64,000 nucleotides of DNA, from the NCBI RefSeq assembly GCF_020745735.1, contig NC_083409.1, positions 15,781,873-15,845,872 on the forward strand. The letters run 5' to 3'. The notes under the pieces were generated by a model, which was not told the origin of the DNA, did not search any database, and saw only the letters and a program-made list of their open reading frames with translations. This document shows positions 23,760-37,129 of this stretch, one piece after another (within the stretch, counting starts at the first letter, position 1; each line of letters begins with the position of its first letter). The DNA comes from Hemiscyllium ocellatum. Its lineage: Eukaryota. The translations under genes and the position numbers were made by a program.

Positions 23760-25320
23760 GTGAACCTTTTCCAAACATTTCCATGTGATCTGTCAGCTTC
23801 CTTCAACTCTTCCCATTTCCTCCAAATCCAGTGGGTGGCCATGGGTCACAGCTATGTCTGCTTGTTGTCGGCTACAACAAACAACACCTCACCAGTACAT
23901 GCACAGGCACCGTTCCCCAAATCTTCCGCCATTACATCAGTGACTGCATCAGTGCTGCATCCTGCACTCAGGCTGAACTGGAGCTGTTCATCAACTTTGC
24001 TAACAACTTCCAACCTGCCCTCAAATTCACGTAGTCTATCTTGGACAAATCCCTCTCCTTTCTTGACCGCCCCATTTCCATCTCCGGTGACAGTCTAGGA
24101 ACAGACATTTACTGTAAATCCACAGACTCACACAACTACCTGGTCAACACCTCCTCCCAACCAGTATCCTGCAAGAACACCACCCCGTTTTCCCAATTCT
24201 TCCATCTCCGTAATATCTGCTCGAACGAGGAGATGCTCCCCTCCCAAGTGTCCCAGATGTCCACTTATTTTGAACAATGTACTTTTCCCACCTCTGCCAT
24301 CCAGAAAGCCCTCCACCGCACCTCCTCCATTCTCTGCTCCCCAAATCTAAACACTCCCCTCCAAAATGCAATAGAGACAGGGTCCCCCTTGTCTTCACCT
24401 TACGTCCAATCAATCTCCGCATCCAACGTATCATCCTCAAACAATTCTGACAACTCCAGCTCGACCCCACTATCAAGAACATCTTCCCCTCCCCACCCCT
24501 CTCTGCCTTCCACAAGGACTGTTCCCTTTGCCAATCCTTGGTTTTCACCACACTTCACACCTACCCCCTCCTCCCCCAACAAAACCCTGGTACCTTCCCC
24601 TGCAACTGTAAAAGATGCAAAACCTGCCCACACACCAAACCCTGTCATTTCCATCCAGGCCCCAGTCCTTCCAGGTCAGACAGAGGTTCACCTGCCTCTC
24701 CTCCAACCTAGTTTATTGTATCCGGTGCACCCGTTGTGGTCTTCTCTGCATCGGTGAGACCAAACGTAAACTAAGGACATGTTTTGATGAGCATCTCAGC
24801 CATGCTCACAAAGGCTGACCTGGCCTCCCAGTCACTGCCTATTTCAATTCCCCTTCCTATTCCCTCTCTGACATGACTATCCTCTGCCTCCTCCATTACC
24901 ATAAGCAATCAGACTGCAAATTGGAGGAACAAATAATTATCTTTTGCCCGGGGTTGCTTACAACCCAGAGGAATCAACATTGAGTTCTCCAGTTTCAAAA
25001 AGCCTGCCTTTCCCAACTTTCGACTCCCTTTCCAGTCCCCCTCCTCCATTCTATTCCACTTACGGACCCTCCCTTCCAGCCACCATATGGATTCATTCCT
25101 CCCATCGACTAAGCACTTCCAACCCTCTACCTGTGTTCATCCATCAATACCTTCCACTCCACCATTCCCCTCCACCCACGCAAACAACCGATCCCACCTT
25201 GATTTGCAGCCCCCCCCCACCCCCACCTGCAGTTCTGAAGAAGGGTTATACCCGAAATGTTGACTGCTCCACCTCCAGATTCTGCCTGACTTGCTGTGTT
25301 CTTCCAGCCTCCTGTAAGCC
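23760..25320 (+). mobile_element. Penelope-like element (RT + GIY-YIG) with 3' terminal repeat, degenerate
   Basis: FLQIQWVAMG, LSFLD...DIYCKSTDSH, LVYCIRCTRCGLLCIGETKRKL...EHL motifs spread over shifted frames. Confidence 0.9.
25232..25264 (+). ncRNA. Minimal type-I hammerhead ribozyme motif in the Penelope terminus
   Basis: GUU-CUGAAGA-A-GGGU(UAU)ACCC-GAAA-UGUU-GAC: core, stem II and a 3-bp stem I are present; activity untested. Confidence 0.55.
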
Positions 25321-26151
25321 TCCATCCCAGCCTGGTAACCATCTCGGACACTGGAAGGAAATGCCCAGGGCGCAGGTTACAATGATGCAAAAAGCCTTTC
25401 AGCTGAAGCTTCAGTGTTTGCCTTCAGTGTGGATTTTCAGTTACTGATTTGCTCCCCTGTTATGTGACAGGAAGAAAGAACACTTGTTGGTGCAGTGTTT
25501 ATTTTTAATCATCCCAGGATATTTAAAGCTGCCTGCACAGTGCAATCACCTTCACAAGACAAAATGCTGAGGTCCCAAAATCAGCAAACGAATGATGAGA
25601 CAAATCCTTTTGGTGGCATTAGTTGAATATTGAGCAGGATACCTGAGGGAATCTCTTCAGAATGGGATCTTGTCGAGCCCCCTGAGGTGGGGGGATTGGG
25701 GTCTGGATGGTGCTGGTGGGGCTTTAAATGAACATCCCATACATAACATTGTGTCAGAGTTCACTGCAGTCTCAGCCTGGATTCTGTGTTCTCATTTCTG
25801 AGGTGGCTTTCAATGCAATGACCATTTGACTCTGAAGCAGGAGCATTGCCCATGGAGTCACCGTCAGTAACAATGTAAACTGTGTAGCTCTGAAAGGATA
25901 TCATCTCATTCATCAAATCTGTTTCTGCCCCTCTGCAGGCTGACCAGGTTTTCCCATGTGCCACAGCTCATTCTCCTGAAGGATAGTTTACTCAGAGTCA
26001 AAAAGTGTGGTGCTGGAAAAGCACAGCAGGTCAGGCAGTTGTGCTCAGGCCGAGGACATGACCTTGTCCCTCTGTCAGATTCTCTTCGAGAAACTCATGG
26101 CTCACCACCGCCCTCTCCAGGACAGTTAGGGAAGGGCAACAGCAAGGAGAG

Positions 26152-26460
26152 AGATTAGATTAGATTACTTACAGTGTGGAAACAGGGCCTTTGGCCCAAC
26201 AAGTCCACACCGACCCGCCGAAGCGCAACCCACCCATACCCCTACATTTGCCCCTTACCTAACACTACGGACAATTTAGCACGGCCAATTCACCTGACCC
26301 GCACATCTTTGGACTGTGGGAGGAAACCGGAGCACCCGGAGGAAACCCACGCAGACACGGGGAGAACGTGCAAACTCCACACAGTCAGTCGCCTGAGGTG
26401 GGAATTGAACCCGGGTCTCAGGCGCTGTGAGACAGCAGTGCTAACCACTGTGCCACCGTG
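26152..26460 (-). mobile_element. Young HE1/V-SINE
   Basis: Near-identical to 12926-13235 in reverse orientation; (AGATT)n tail. Confidence 0.9.
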
Positions 26461-26849
26461 GTGGGGACGCGTCGCTGCAAGTGCTGTACTCTGCAGTTTG
26501 GTGACCCACTTTGATAGCTGTTTGTTCGATCTTTGAGTGCAATTCATTTTTTTGCTGATCCCAGCGTCAATCCAAAGGACTCTCCACCTTTCAGTCTGAC
26601 AAACCAGGTTCACCCATGTCATGGCTCTGTTTCTGACCGAGAGTCCAGTCTTTCAAAGAGATGAATTCAAGCCTCACCAGTTTGATCATTTTAATTTTAC
26701 ATCATTTCTCCTGATTTCTCCCGGGATGGGGCAGGCGTTGACGTGTTGGTTATTGGTTGCCTTCCCCTAATTGTCCTGGAGAGGGCGGTGGTGAGCAAAG
26801 TAATATCTGGAAAGGAAGGTGCCGGAATTTGTACAAAAATAGACATGAA

Positions 26850-28100
26850 ATTCAATGTGATGTTCACAAATGTTCTTTTGGCGAGGGTGCCTGGTCTGTG
26901 ACTCCTGCCCCACCGTGACATGATCCATTTTTAATGACCCCATGATCTGGCTCAGCAAAGAACTTCATCCAAGCAACTGGGGGTGGGCAATATTTATGAA
27001 GCTCACCAATGATGAAGCAGAAATAATAATGAGAAGGAATAATGCAGCTCCTTGCTCTCTGCCTTTTAGCCTCTGAGCCAGCACACTCTCACCGTTCTGG
27101 GTCTCTAATCCTCTAACATTAATTCATTAAAGTGTGGGAATATAGGAAGAGGTTTTATTTTGAACTATAAGGTCTCTTTTCTCCGTGACTCTCTCCTTTT
27201 CAACCCCCTACAATCCTGTCACCAGATGCTTGTGCTGACAGCCTTGTTGTGCAGAGCGAAAGCTCTCAGTGTTCTCTGAGGCCTCACTGCCTTGTGTCTG
27301 TCTCCACTGCAACATAAGGCAAATGACATGTTTCTGAAACCCTGTTGAAATTAAAAGCCAGCAAAGAAAATGACTGCAACAAGAATTGAGTTGGTCTTGT
27401 TCAAAAAAATAATTTTCATTTTAAAATTACATTTTTGTCAGTGAGTGACAAAGGAAAGATGGGGGTCCAGAATTGCTGCAGCCTCTGTCAGAACATAGGG
27501 CCCAGGAGCAGGAGCAGGCCTTTTGGGAGCTGCTGTGCCAATGAAGAAGATCACTGCTCATCTGGTTATAGTCTCGCCCGTACTTTCTGCTTCCCCACCC
27601 CCTCCCATTATCCTTAATTGCCTTGTTCATCAAAAAATCTGTCGACTGTAACCTTGTGCCAACTCCATGAGTGAACCTCCATTCCCATGTAGAGAAGAGA
27701 ATTCCACAGACTATCAACCCTCAGCAAGAAAACCCCTCCTTCCCTTTAAACTGGAGACTGGTTTGTGTTAAACCTGCCCTCCAGTCCTCGTCTGCCCGAT
27801 AACAGGAACCACCCTCTCAGTGTCCAGCCTGTGATGTCACCTTCAGATCAGAAACTGTTAATGAGAGAGAACAGGTTACATCAGTGAGACTTTTCCCCAG
27901 AGATGATGAACAATGTTGATGTAAATTGCTTTCTCCAGTCCCAGAGTCCAGAACAAGAGGGTTGTTAAAATTGTAATTCAGACGATTTCAGGAAAATTTC
28001 TTTCCGACAGAGTGATGGAAATCTGGAACCCTCAATCCAAAATAAAAAGCTGTTGAGGTTGGGTTTCAATATCCATTTTCTCAGGGCAGTACGGTTTACA
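26850..28100 (+). repeat. Segmental duplication, inverted copy at about 50380-51520
   Basis: ORF 27435-27617(+) and ORF 50621-50950(-) share SDKGKMGVQ.CCS.C.NIGPRSRSRPFGSCCANEEDHCSSG. Confidence 0.85.
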
Positions 28101-28480
28101 GGACAAAGGGAGAATGTATTCCAGGTCAGCCATGGCCTGATTAACTGGGGAACTAGGTCAAAGCAACTGATTGGTCATTCCCACTGGAATCCACTGGAAT
28201 GACTACTGGTGTGTTTGCGGCTAATGGAAGGAGTCATTACCCATAGTCTTCAGCAGCTGTGCAAGTCCTCCATAGTAACTAGAAAGCAGCTGTTTCACTG
28301 TGCCTGAACAATACAAAGTCAAAGGACACACTACACCAGGTTCTAGCCCAACTGATTCATTTGAAATCACAAGCTTCCAAAGCGCTGCTTCTTTATCAGG
28401 TGTACCCCAGTCCACCATCGACATTTCCACATTACTGTACAGTCCAAATAAACTGGGGCTCTATGAGGATCGAACCAGCT

Positions 28481-28632
28481 NNNNNNNNNNNNNNNNNNNN
28501 NNNNNNNNNNNNNNNNNNNNNNNNNNNNNNNNNNNNNNNNNNNNNNNNNNNNNNNNNNNNNNNNNNNNNNNNNNNNNNNNNNNNNNNNNNNNNNNNNNNN
28601 NNNNNNNNNNNNNNNNNNNNNNNNNNNNNNNN
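28481..28632. other. Assembly gap (152 N)
   Basis: Direct; true gap length unknown. Confidence 1.
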
Positions 28633-28659
28633 ATACCTAATTGCACCACAATAAAAATG

Positions 28660-30080
28660 CTCTGCATGCTGTGATATATCAAAAATAAGCACTTTGGTGT
28701 AACTTTTGATTGTCCTCACAGTGTGCTATTTTATTCATGATGTGGTACACGGAGACTATGTCAATGTTGGGTGGCAAAAAGTATATTTTCTCCACTAATC
28801 CCTTTCCAAAACGCTCTCTCCATCTTGCTTTAATCCTTATTGACTCTTCTACAATTGCCTCTATTTCCTCACTCCTTTCCGGTCCCAAAGGAACTTATGG
28901 ACAGACTTCATGACCCCACTCTCTTAAATTTCATGTGTAGTCTGTTGGAGCTTGGGCTCCTGCCTCAGGCCCAGGTGAAGGGGCCTGTTCAACAATCTGC
29001 ACATTGTCCTTTGTCTCTTTCTGAATGAACTGGATCAAGTTGCAGTAACGATCTGGCAACAGGTGTCTTGTCTAAAATTTTCCCAGCACTGGGCACAGAA
29101 CTGGCTGTGTCAGAGGAGAGAGCATAGTGATGGAAGGATGGATTTCAGAATGGAGGGCTGTGTCTTGTGGGGTTTCACAGGGATCAATGATGGGACCTTT
29201 GCTGTTCATGGTCTCCATAAGTGATTTGGACGAAATCATGGCTAGTCTAATTCATGAGTTTGTGGATGCCACAAAGATTGCTGGAGTTGCAGTTAATGAT
29301 CAGATTATCAGAGGATACAGCAGGACATAGATCAATTGGATGCATGGATAGAAAATGGCAGATGAAGTTTAATCCAAATAAATGTGAAATGATGCATTTT
29401 GAAAGATGAAGCACGTGGCAGAATACCTGCACAGTGAATGGCAGAATCCATTGGACTATTGAAATGCAGAGGGATCTCGGTGTACATGTTCATAGATCAC
29501 TGATGGTGGCAGCACCTAAGGTAGTAAAAAAGGCCAATGGCAGGCTTGGCTACATTGGGAGGAGCACTGAGGATTAGGATAGACAAGTTATACTGCAGCT
29601 TTACTGAACTTTAGTTTGGCCACACTTGGAATATTGCATATTTCACCATGACCAGAAGGATGTGGATGCTTTGGAGAGGGTACAGAAAAAATTACCAAGA
29701 ATACTGTCTGATATGAGGGATTTTCCCAGGGTAGAGGGGTCAGTTACTAAGGGACCCGGGTACAAGGTGTGGGAGGGGGTGGGTGGGTGCAGTGGGGAAT
29801 TAAAACAGATGTGTGAGGTAAGTATTTCACACAAACGGTGGTGAGGGCTGGAACACGCTGCCAGTGGAAGTGGTGGAAGCAGACACAATAGCAGCATTCA
29901 AGAAATACCTGGATGAATACACGGAAAAGAAGGGAATAGAGGGATATGAATCCTGTAGGTGAATACAGTTTCGGTGAGGAAGGGCAAAATGTGTCAACAC
30001 AGGCTGGGAGGGCCGAAGGGCCTGTTCCTGTGCTGTATAGTTCCTTGTTCTTTGGTCCCTGCTGTTGAATTAGATTCAAA
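28660..30080 (+). repeat. Inverted-repeat arm pairing with about 31910-33400
   Basis: e.g. 29990-30065 is the reverse complement of 31920-31995; both arms contain the same CR1 insertion and the decayed hydrophobic frame. Confidence 0.85.
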
Positions 30081-30729
30081 CCAACAATGCAGGAAGACTC
30101 ATGATGAAGTGGGTGTTTGTTTGATTTCTCACTTGTGTTAATACAGTTTTAAATGTGTCTGCGTACTTTCCCCTCTCTCTCTGTGGAGGGAGTCACTGTC
30201 ATTGTCTCCATCCGACCTTTCCACTCTCATAGTGATAGCATTTTTTGCATTCCTTCTGTTCGGGGGTGCTGGGATCTGGGTTGTCTCCAGTCAGTCAGTG
30301 TTATTGTTCTGGGGCCAGACATTACTGACCAACCTTAGACCCTGTGATCTGATTGAGATGACAGATGACCTGCCCTGGGCTTTAACACTCTGTTACCACA
30401 GCACAGAGTGAAATCATGTAGCGCTGGTTAGGCAGAATCCCTAGAGCAGGAGAGTCGACGTTTTGAGCATAAGCTCTTCATCAGGAATGGGGAGGAGAGA
30501 GTGAGGAGTCAGAGAGATAAATAGGAGGGAATTGGGGCTGGCGAAAATGTAATGAAGATTGCAATAGGTACGTGGAGGTGGGGGGGTGACAGTGATAGGT
30601 CAGAGTGAAGGGTGGAGTGGATAGGTGGGAAGGAAGATGGACAGGTAGGACAGTTCAAAAGGGTGGTGCCGAGTTGGAGGGTTGGATCTGGGATAAGCTG
30701 GGGGAGTGGAGATGAGGAAACAAGTAACA

Positions 30730-31358
30730 TCAACATTCAGAGTATTGAGTACAGGAGTTGGGAGGTCATGTTGCGGCTGTACAGGACATTGGTTAGGCTA
30801 CTGCTGGAATATTGCATGTAATTCTGGTCTCCTTCCTATCGGAAAGATGTTGTGAAACTTGAAAGGGTTCAGAAAAGATTTACAAGGATGTTGCCAGGGT
30901 TGGAAGATCGGAGCTACAGGGAGAGGCTGAACAGGCTGGTTCTGTTTCCCCTGGAGCATCAGAGGCTGAGTGATAACCTGATAGAGTTTTACAAAATTAC
31001 GAAGGGCATGGATAGGATAAATAGGCAACATCTTTTCCCAGTGGTTGGGGAGTCCAGAACGAGAGGGCATAGGTTTAGGGTGAGAGGAGAAAGATACAAA
31101 AGAGACCTAAGGGGCAACTTTTTCACGCAGAGGGTGGTATGTGTATGGAATGAGCTGCCAGAAGATGTGGTGGAGGCTGGTGCAATTGCAACATTTAAGA
31201 GGCATTTGAATGGGTATATGAATAGGAAGGGTTTGGAGGGAGATGGGCCGGGTGCTGGCAGGTGGGACTAGATTGGGTTGGGATATCTGGTCGGCATGGA
31301 CGGGTTGGACTGAAGGGTCTATTTCCATGCTGTACATCTCTATGACTCTATGACTCTA
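30730..31358 (+). mobile_element. CR1 LINE 3' end with (CTATGACT)n tail
   Basis: ORF 30852-31271 KLERVQKRFTRMLPGL...GNFFTQRVVCVWNELP. Confidence 0.9.
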
Positions 31359-31934
31359 TAACATTCATTCCGTGTCGTTGGAGGGTCTCAAGGTGGAAGA
31401 TGTGGTGTTCTTCCTCCAGTTGTTAGATGGCTTCAATTTGGCGGTGGAGTAGGCCTAGGGACTTGCATATCCTTAGCAAGTGGATGGGGAGTTGAAATGG
31501 TCGGCCACAGGGTGGTGGGGTTGTTTAGTGTGTGTGTCCTGAAGATATCATCTTCCAATCCTCCAATGAAGATGCACTGTCCTCACCAAAACATGTTGGC
31601 AAATCTCTTCGTAACACATAAAGGGAGAGAAACATTGAAAACTGTATTATCATGAGTGAGAGTCCACTTGAAACAAGGACTATGATGTTAAATGCTCCCA
31701 GCCGTAAAGAACACTGGTGTATTGATGTCATTATCTTATTAAACAATATTAAAACCTCAGCCAAACATTTTCCTGCAGACAATGTATTTAAAATATCAAG
31801 AGGCTTTCCCCATTGTTGGTTTGATCAGTGACGTAACAAGGAAGCAGCAGCTGCCCCATGAACTCCAACAAAAGAACGAGAACAGGCTCTTCATATGGAG
31901 CTGGCTCCCGAGAATCCAATTCAACAGCAGGGAC

Positions 31935-33018
31935 CAAAGAACAAGGGACAATACAGCACAGGAACAGGCCCTTCGGCCCTCCAAGCCTGTGCTGATACAT
32001 TTTGCCCTTCTATACTGAAACTATCTTCATCAACAGGATTCATATCCCTCTATTCCCTTCCTATTCATGTATTAGTGCAGGAATTTCTTGAATACTTCTA
32101 TTGTGTCTGCTTCCACCCCCTCCTCTGGCTGTGTGTTCCAGGTAGTCAACTTCCTCTGTGTGAAATACTTGGTTTGTACACCTCTTTACAATGAATTCCC
32201 CCAAACCCCTGCACCTTGAACCTGCGTCCCCTAGTATTTGACCCCCTCCACCCTGGGAAAAAGTCTCATTATTTCCACTCTGCCTATCCCATTCACAACT
32301 CTGTAAACTTCTATCAGGACGCACCTCATTTTCCTGCATTCCAGTGAAAACAAACTCAGTCTCTCCAACCTTTCTTCAGAACTACAATCCCCCCATACCA
32401 GACAATATCCTGGTAAACATTTTCTGCACTGTCTTCAAAACATCCACATCCTTCTTTTTGGACTGTGTGCAGTTCTATGCAACCAGAACTGTGTGCACTA
32501 TTCCAAGTGTGGCCGAGCTAAAGTTCTATAAAGCTGCAGCATAACTTGTCTGTCCTTACACTCAATGCCTCTTCCAATGAAGGCAACCAGGCCATCAGCC
32601 TTTTTTACTGCCTTACCTCCCTGTGCTGGCACCTTCAGTGGTCTGTGAACATACACACCCAGATCCCTCTGCATATCAATACTCCAAAGGATTCTGCCAT
32701 TCACTGTATAATTCCCACCTGTACATCACCTTCCAAAATGCATCACCTCACATTTGTCTGGATTAAACTACACCTGCCATTTTTCTGTCCAAGCATCTCT
32801 ATCCTGCCATATCCTAGATAATCCTTCTCATTCTCTGCACTTCTACCAATCTTTGTATCAATTGTAAAATTACTAATTAGACCAGCTACGCTTTCCTCCA
32901 AATCATTTATGTAGACCATATACAGCAGAGTTCCCTGTGGAACACCACGAGTCACAGCCCTCCATTCTGAAAACCATCCCCCCATCACTGCCCTCTGTCT
33001 CCTCCTACTCAGGCAGTT
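31935..33018 (-). mobile_element. 5'-truncated CR1 LINE (shared with 29100-30050)
   Basis: Minus ORFs 32743-33054, 32498-32704, 32061-32339. Confidence 0.8.
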
Positions 33019-36000
33019 CTGTGCCCAATGCTGGAAACATTTTAGACAAGACACCTTATCGCCAGCTCATTGCTGCAACTTGATCCAGTTCATTCAGAAA
33101 GAGGAAAAGGATAATGTGCAGATTGTTGAACAGGCCCCTACACCTGGGCCTGAGGCAGGAGCCCAATCTCCAACACACTGGCCTCACTTCACACCAACCT
33201 TCACACAGTGCGAGGTCATGAACTCCGGCCATCAATTCCTCTGGGACCGGGACGGAGTGAGGGAACAGGGACAATTGTAGAAGAGTCAATAAGGAGTAAA
33301 GAAAGATGGAGAGAGTGTCTTGGAAAGTGTTCAATAGAGGGAACATACCTTGCGATACCCAATACTGACAGTCTCCATGTATCACAGAATGTACAAAACA
33401 GCACTCCAGTAATGTGGCTGACCCTTACCTGCCATTTAAAAGGCTAAAGAAGCCACTCAGTTTCAGGACAAGTAGGGATGGGGAACAAATGCTGGTCTTG
33501 CCAGTGACTCCCACATCCCAGAAAAGAATAGACGGCCTCAGTGATAACACCGTCACCTGAACCTGCAGGTTTCAAGCTCCACTCCAGACACTGGTGCACT
33601 ATCCTGAGGCTGGCAAAGGCAAAGACGCCATCTGCTGGATGATCGTTTAAACCACTGCCCTCTCAGGTCGATGTGAATATAAGGGCTTTGTGACCATCTC
33701 AGGGAAAATCTCCCCAGTGTGCTGGCCAATGCTTCTCTTATAACCAATGGCATTAACACAGATACATAAACAAAATACTGCAAATCTCAAATAGAAGCAC
33801 GATGCTGGAGAAAGGGAACAGGTGCAGCCTCTGCGGGAGAGGAGGTTTAACGTTTTGGGTTCAGTGATGGTTTATCAAAAAGGCAGCAAAATTATATTTT
33901 ATTTAATTTTATGCTGTTTTATATTATTTCATTTAAATTTTGTTGAAAATAAGTTTACCTGCTTGATTGGAACCACATTCACACACATGCATTCCCCCCA
34001 CACCGACGCTCAGTAACAGCTCTGTGTACTATTTACAAGATGCACTGCAGAGATTCACCAAAGATCCTGAGACAACAGCTTCCAAACCCATGACCACTTA
34101 TATTTGGACAAGGACAGCAGGTACACGGGACCATCACCCCAGCAAGTTCCTCTCCAAGTCATTCACCAGTTTGACTTGGAAATATGAAGCAGTTCCTACA
34201 TCATCACTGGGTCACAATCCTGGAATTCCCCTCCTATGACATTGTGGGTCTACCAACAGCAGACGGACTGCAGGGGTTCAAGATGGGAGCTAATCACCAC
34301 CAGGTCCAGGGCAATTAGAGATGGACAGTAAAAAGCCTGGTACAAGAGAGTGTAAACGTGCTTAAGGACCAGAAAGTGAGACTGCGATGTTTCAGTTATT
34401 CCTGGACATTGGTGTAACCACATCTCAAATACTGAGGGTAGTTTTGGTCTCCCTATTGAAGGAAGAATATAAATGCATCGGAGGTGGTTCACAGGAATTT
34501 TACCCGATTGATCCCTGGAATGAGTGGGCTGTGATGAGGAAAGATTGGAAAAGGGGATAAAGGGAATGGGGCGGAGCAGGGTGTTGAGGTAGGGATAGGT
34601 TGAGAATGGTAGAGAATATGACCTGATTAGTCGATGGGAGAGTAATTTGTATTCATCCCTCCCATCAACCAATCCTCTACCTACCTTCACCTATCCCCAT
34701 CTCACCACCTTGCCCCCCACTACTCCCTTTATCTGCAGCTCCCCCATCATTCCCCCACCTCCCAACCCACCCCCATTCCTGAAGAAAGATAACAGCCAAA
34801 ACATTGATTTCTCCACCTCCTGATGCTGCCTGGCTTGCTATGTTCTCCCAGCCTCCTGCTTGTCAACCTTGGATTCCAGCATTTGCACTTTCTTTTGTCT
34901 CTAATCTCTTCAGGGGCCTGGATGACAGTGAGAAAATTGGGTTTTGATGGAGCTACCCACAGACTCAAGTCAAAAGAAGCAAAGCAAGAAAGGCAAGTTG
35001 ATCGAATACAAGAGAGCACATTGTGAGGGAGAACCAATTATTACCAGTTTAGCAATTGCAAAGGAGAGAGTGACAACATTGAAATGTTTCTGGTGTCATC
35101 CTCTGTGCCCAAACATTTCACAGAGCCAGCTCCACATCCTTCCATTGGCTTTGTCATTGAGCGTCAACAGTTCCCTTCCCACAGCACTTTTTAATATGTC
35201 CTGTCCCAGGGAAGCACTGGCAAAGAAAATATTTCACCATTTCTGGGAAAGTTGGAGAAATATTGGATGTCATGGAGCTGTTTCTCAGACTTCAGGGTCT
35301 GACAGAAGGATGTGTGTAGTCTGTGGATTCTGGAGACAGATCACTGAGATAGTTCTCATTCCCATCAACACCTGACTTTATTCTGACATCAGTTTCTATT
35401 CTTCATTATAAAGTACCCCCACCAGTTTCAGACTAGACATTTCACACCCAGCCCCCATTTCCTCACATTGGAGTCAAGAACCAAACTTGTCCCATCTCAG
35501 GATTGCCCTCTGAATGTGGTGTCAGTGTGCTAATGCTGTGTTTGAATGAAAAAGCCACAGTGGAATCTGGGACTGAATCCAAGGGGTTTCTGATCCACCA
35601 GCAGCCTCCCCGCTGTGTGAGGGTCTGTTTGGATAAGATTTCAGCCCCATGGTTCCCACTGGTACGAGAACCATGGAGTGAGATTGCTGGAGCCACGTGT
35701 GGACTGAGGGACACAACAGTCAGGACAATGAGCTGCTCTGGAATCTATCCTGAGCCCTGGATGGTTGTCACTGAGATGGCCCAGGGGTGACAGAATATGA
35801 CAGCAGAAAGTGGAACCAGTTTATCATTGACTGTCCTCCCCAGCCGTGACTCCCAGACTCCCCCTGGACTGAACATTCTCAATCTGACCCCAGGGACACA
35901 CGGGACAATTCCATCTCGTTTGAAGAGTAAAGAAAACCCAGGTCTAATTTATGGAATATTTATTTCCCAAATTGTTATTGTGCAATTGTTATTCTGAGTA

Positions 36001-37129
36001 ACAAGGTCCTGCTGGTCATATTCATCAATATCGGGTTCCCAGTGGCTCTGGCTCCCAAATAGTTTATTTGAATTTCTTGGCTTGTGATCTTGCTGTGTCT
36101 AAGGGATGGGTGAGCGTTGATGGGGAATTTGCATCAGATTATTTTGTTCCCCATTGTCCCCTCCTGATCATGATCCTGATTACTGCTTGGAGACCTGGAC
36201 ATAACTTTAAACAGATTCTTTATTTCTTGCGCTTCCTCAGCTCCACCCACCCAGATTCTACACCTTCTGACTCTATATCACTTCTTGCTATTGATTTAAT
36301 TTCATTTCTCAGTAACAAGGCAACTCTTGCCCCTCTGCCCATCTGCCTGTCCTTTTGATAGATCATGTATCCTTGGATATTTAGTTCCCAGCCTGGATTC
36401 CCTTACAGCCATGTCCCTGTGATACCCACAACATCGTACCTGCCAGTTTCAATCTACACTACAAGCTCATTGTGTATACTGCGTGCATTTAAGTACAACA
36501 CCCTCAGTCCTGCATTGACTGCCTTCCTTCTCATCATTGTCCTCTTATCTCTTGTGTTTGATGTTCAACTCTTCATCCTTTCCATACGCTCTGTCCTATT
36601 ACACCTTCTAGAAACCTGAATAACTTCTCCTGAGCCCTCCTCCACTTTAACTAGTTTAAATCCCTTGGAAGCTCAATTTACCTCAATTTGTGGCATCACT
36701 TTGTTTCCCTTACTCGGAATGGTTCAAGCATTTAGATAAAAACTCTTTAAGTTTGTTCTATTATTGATTTTCCCTGCACTTTTATGGTTCTTTCGATATT
36801 CAAAAATTCTGCCCCTTCCTTTTATTTTCTGGTAACAATCAATCCCATCACTAACCACCAACCTACCTGCTCCTTTCCACTCCATTTCCTCATCTTCCAT
36901 CCAACTGAACCCAATTATTGGGTCTTTGGTTGAGTTCAGGACAATATTTATCTTTGAACCATCATCATTAACAGTGGTCTTTGATCTCATTGCTTTTCAT
37001 GGGATCTTGCTGAGTAGAAACTGGCTGCCACTTTCCCGACATTGTAACAGTGACTGGTTTTCAAACAAAACTGTCTATAAATGTCTTTGGGAGAGCCTGA
37101 GGTGTTAAGGGTTCAATTGAACTTCAGTT

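Noticed and set aside
24041-24757. 238-aa Ser/Pro-rich ORF as a host gene
   Set aside because: Frameshifted read-through of the Penelope RT region; likewise 44415-45146.
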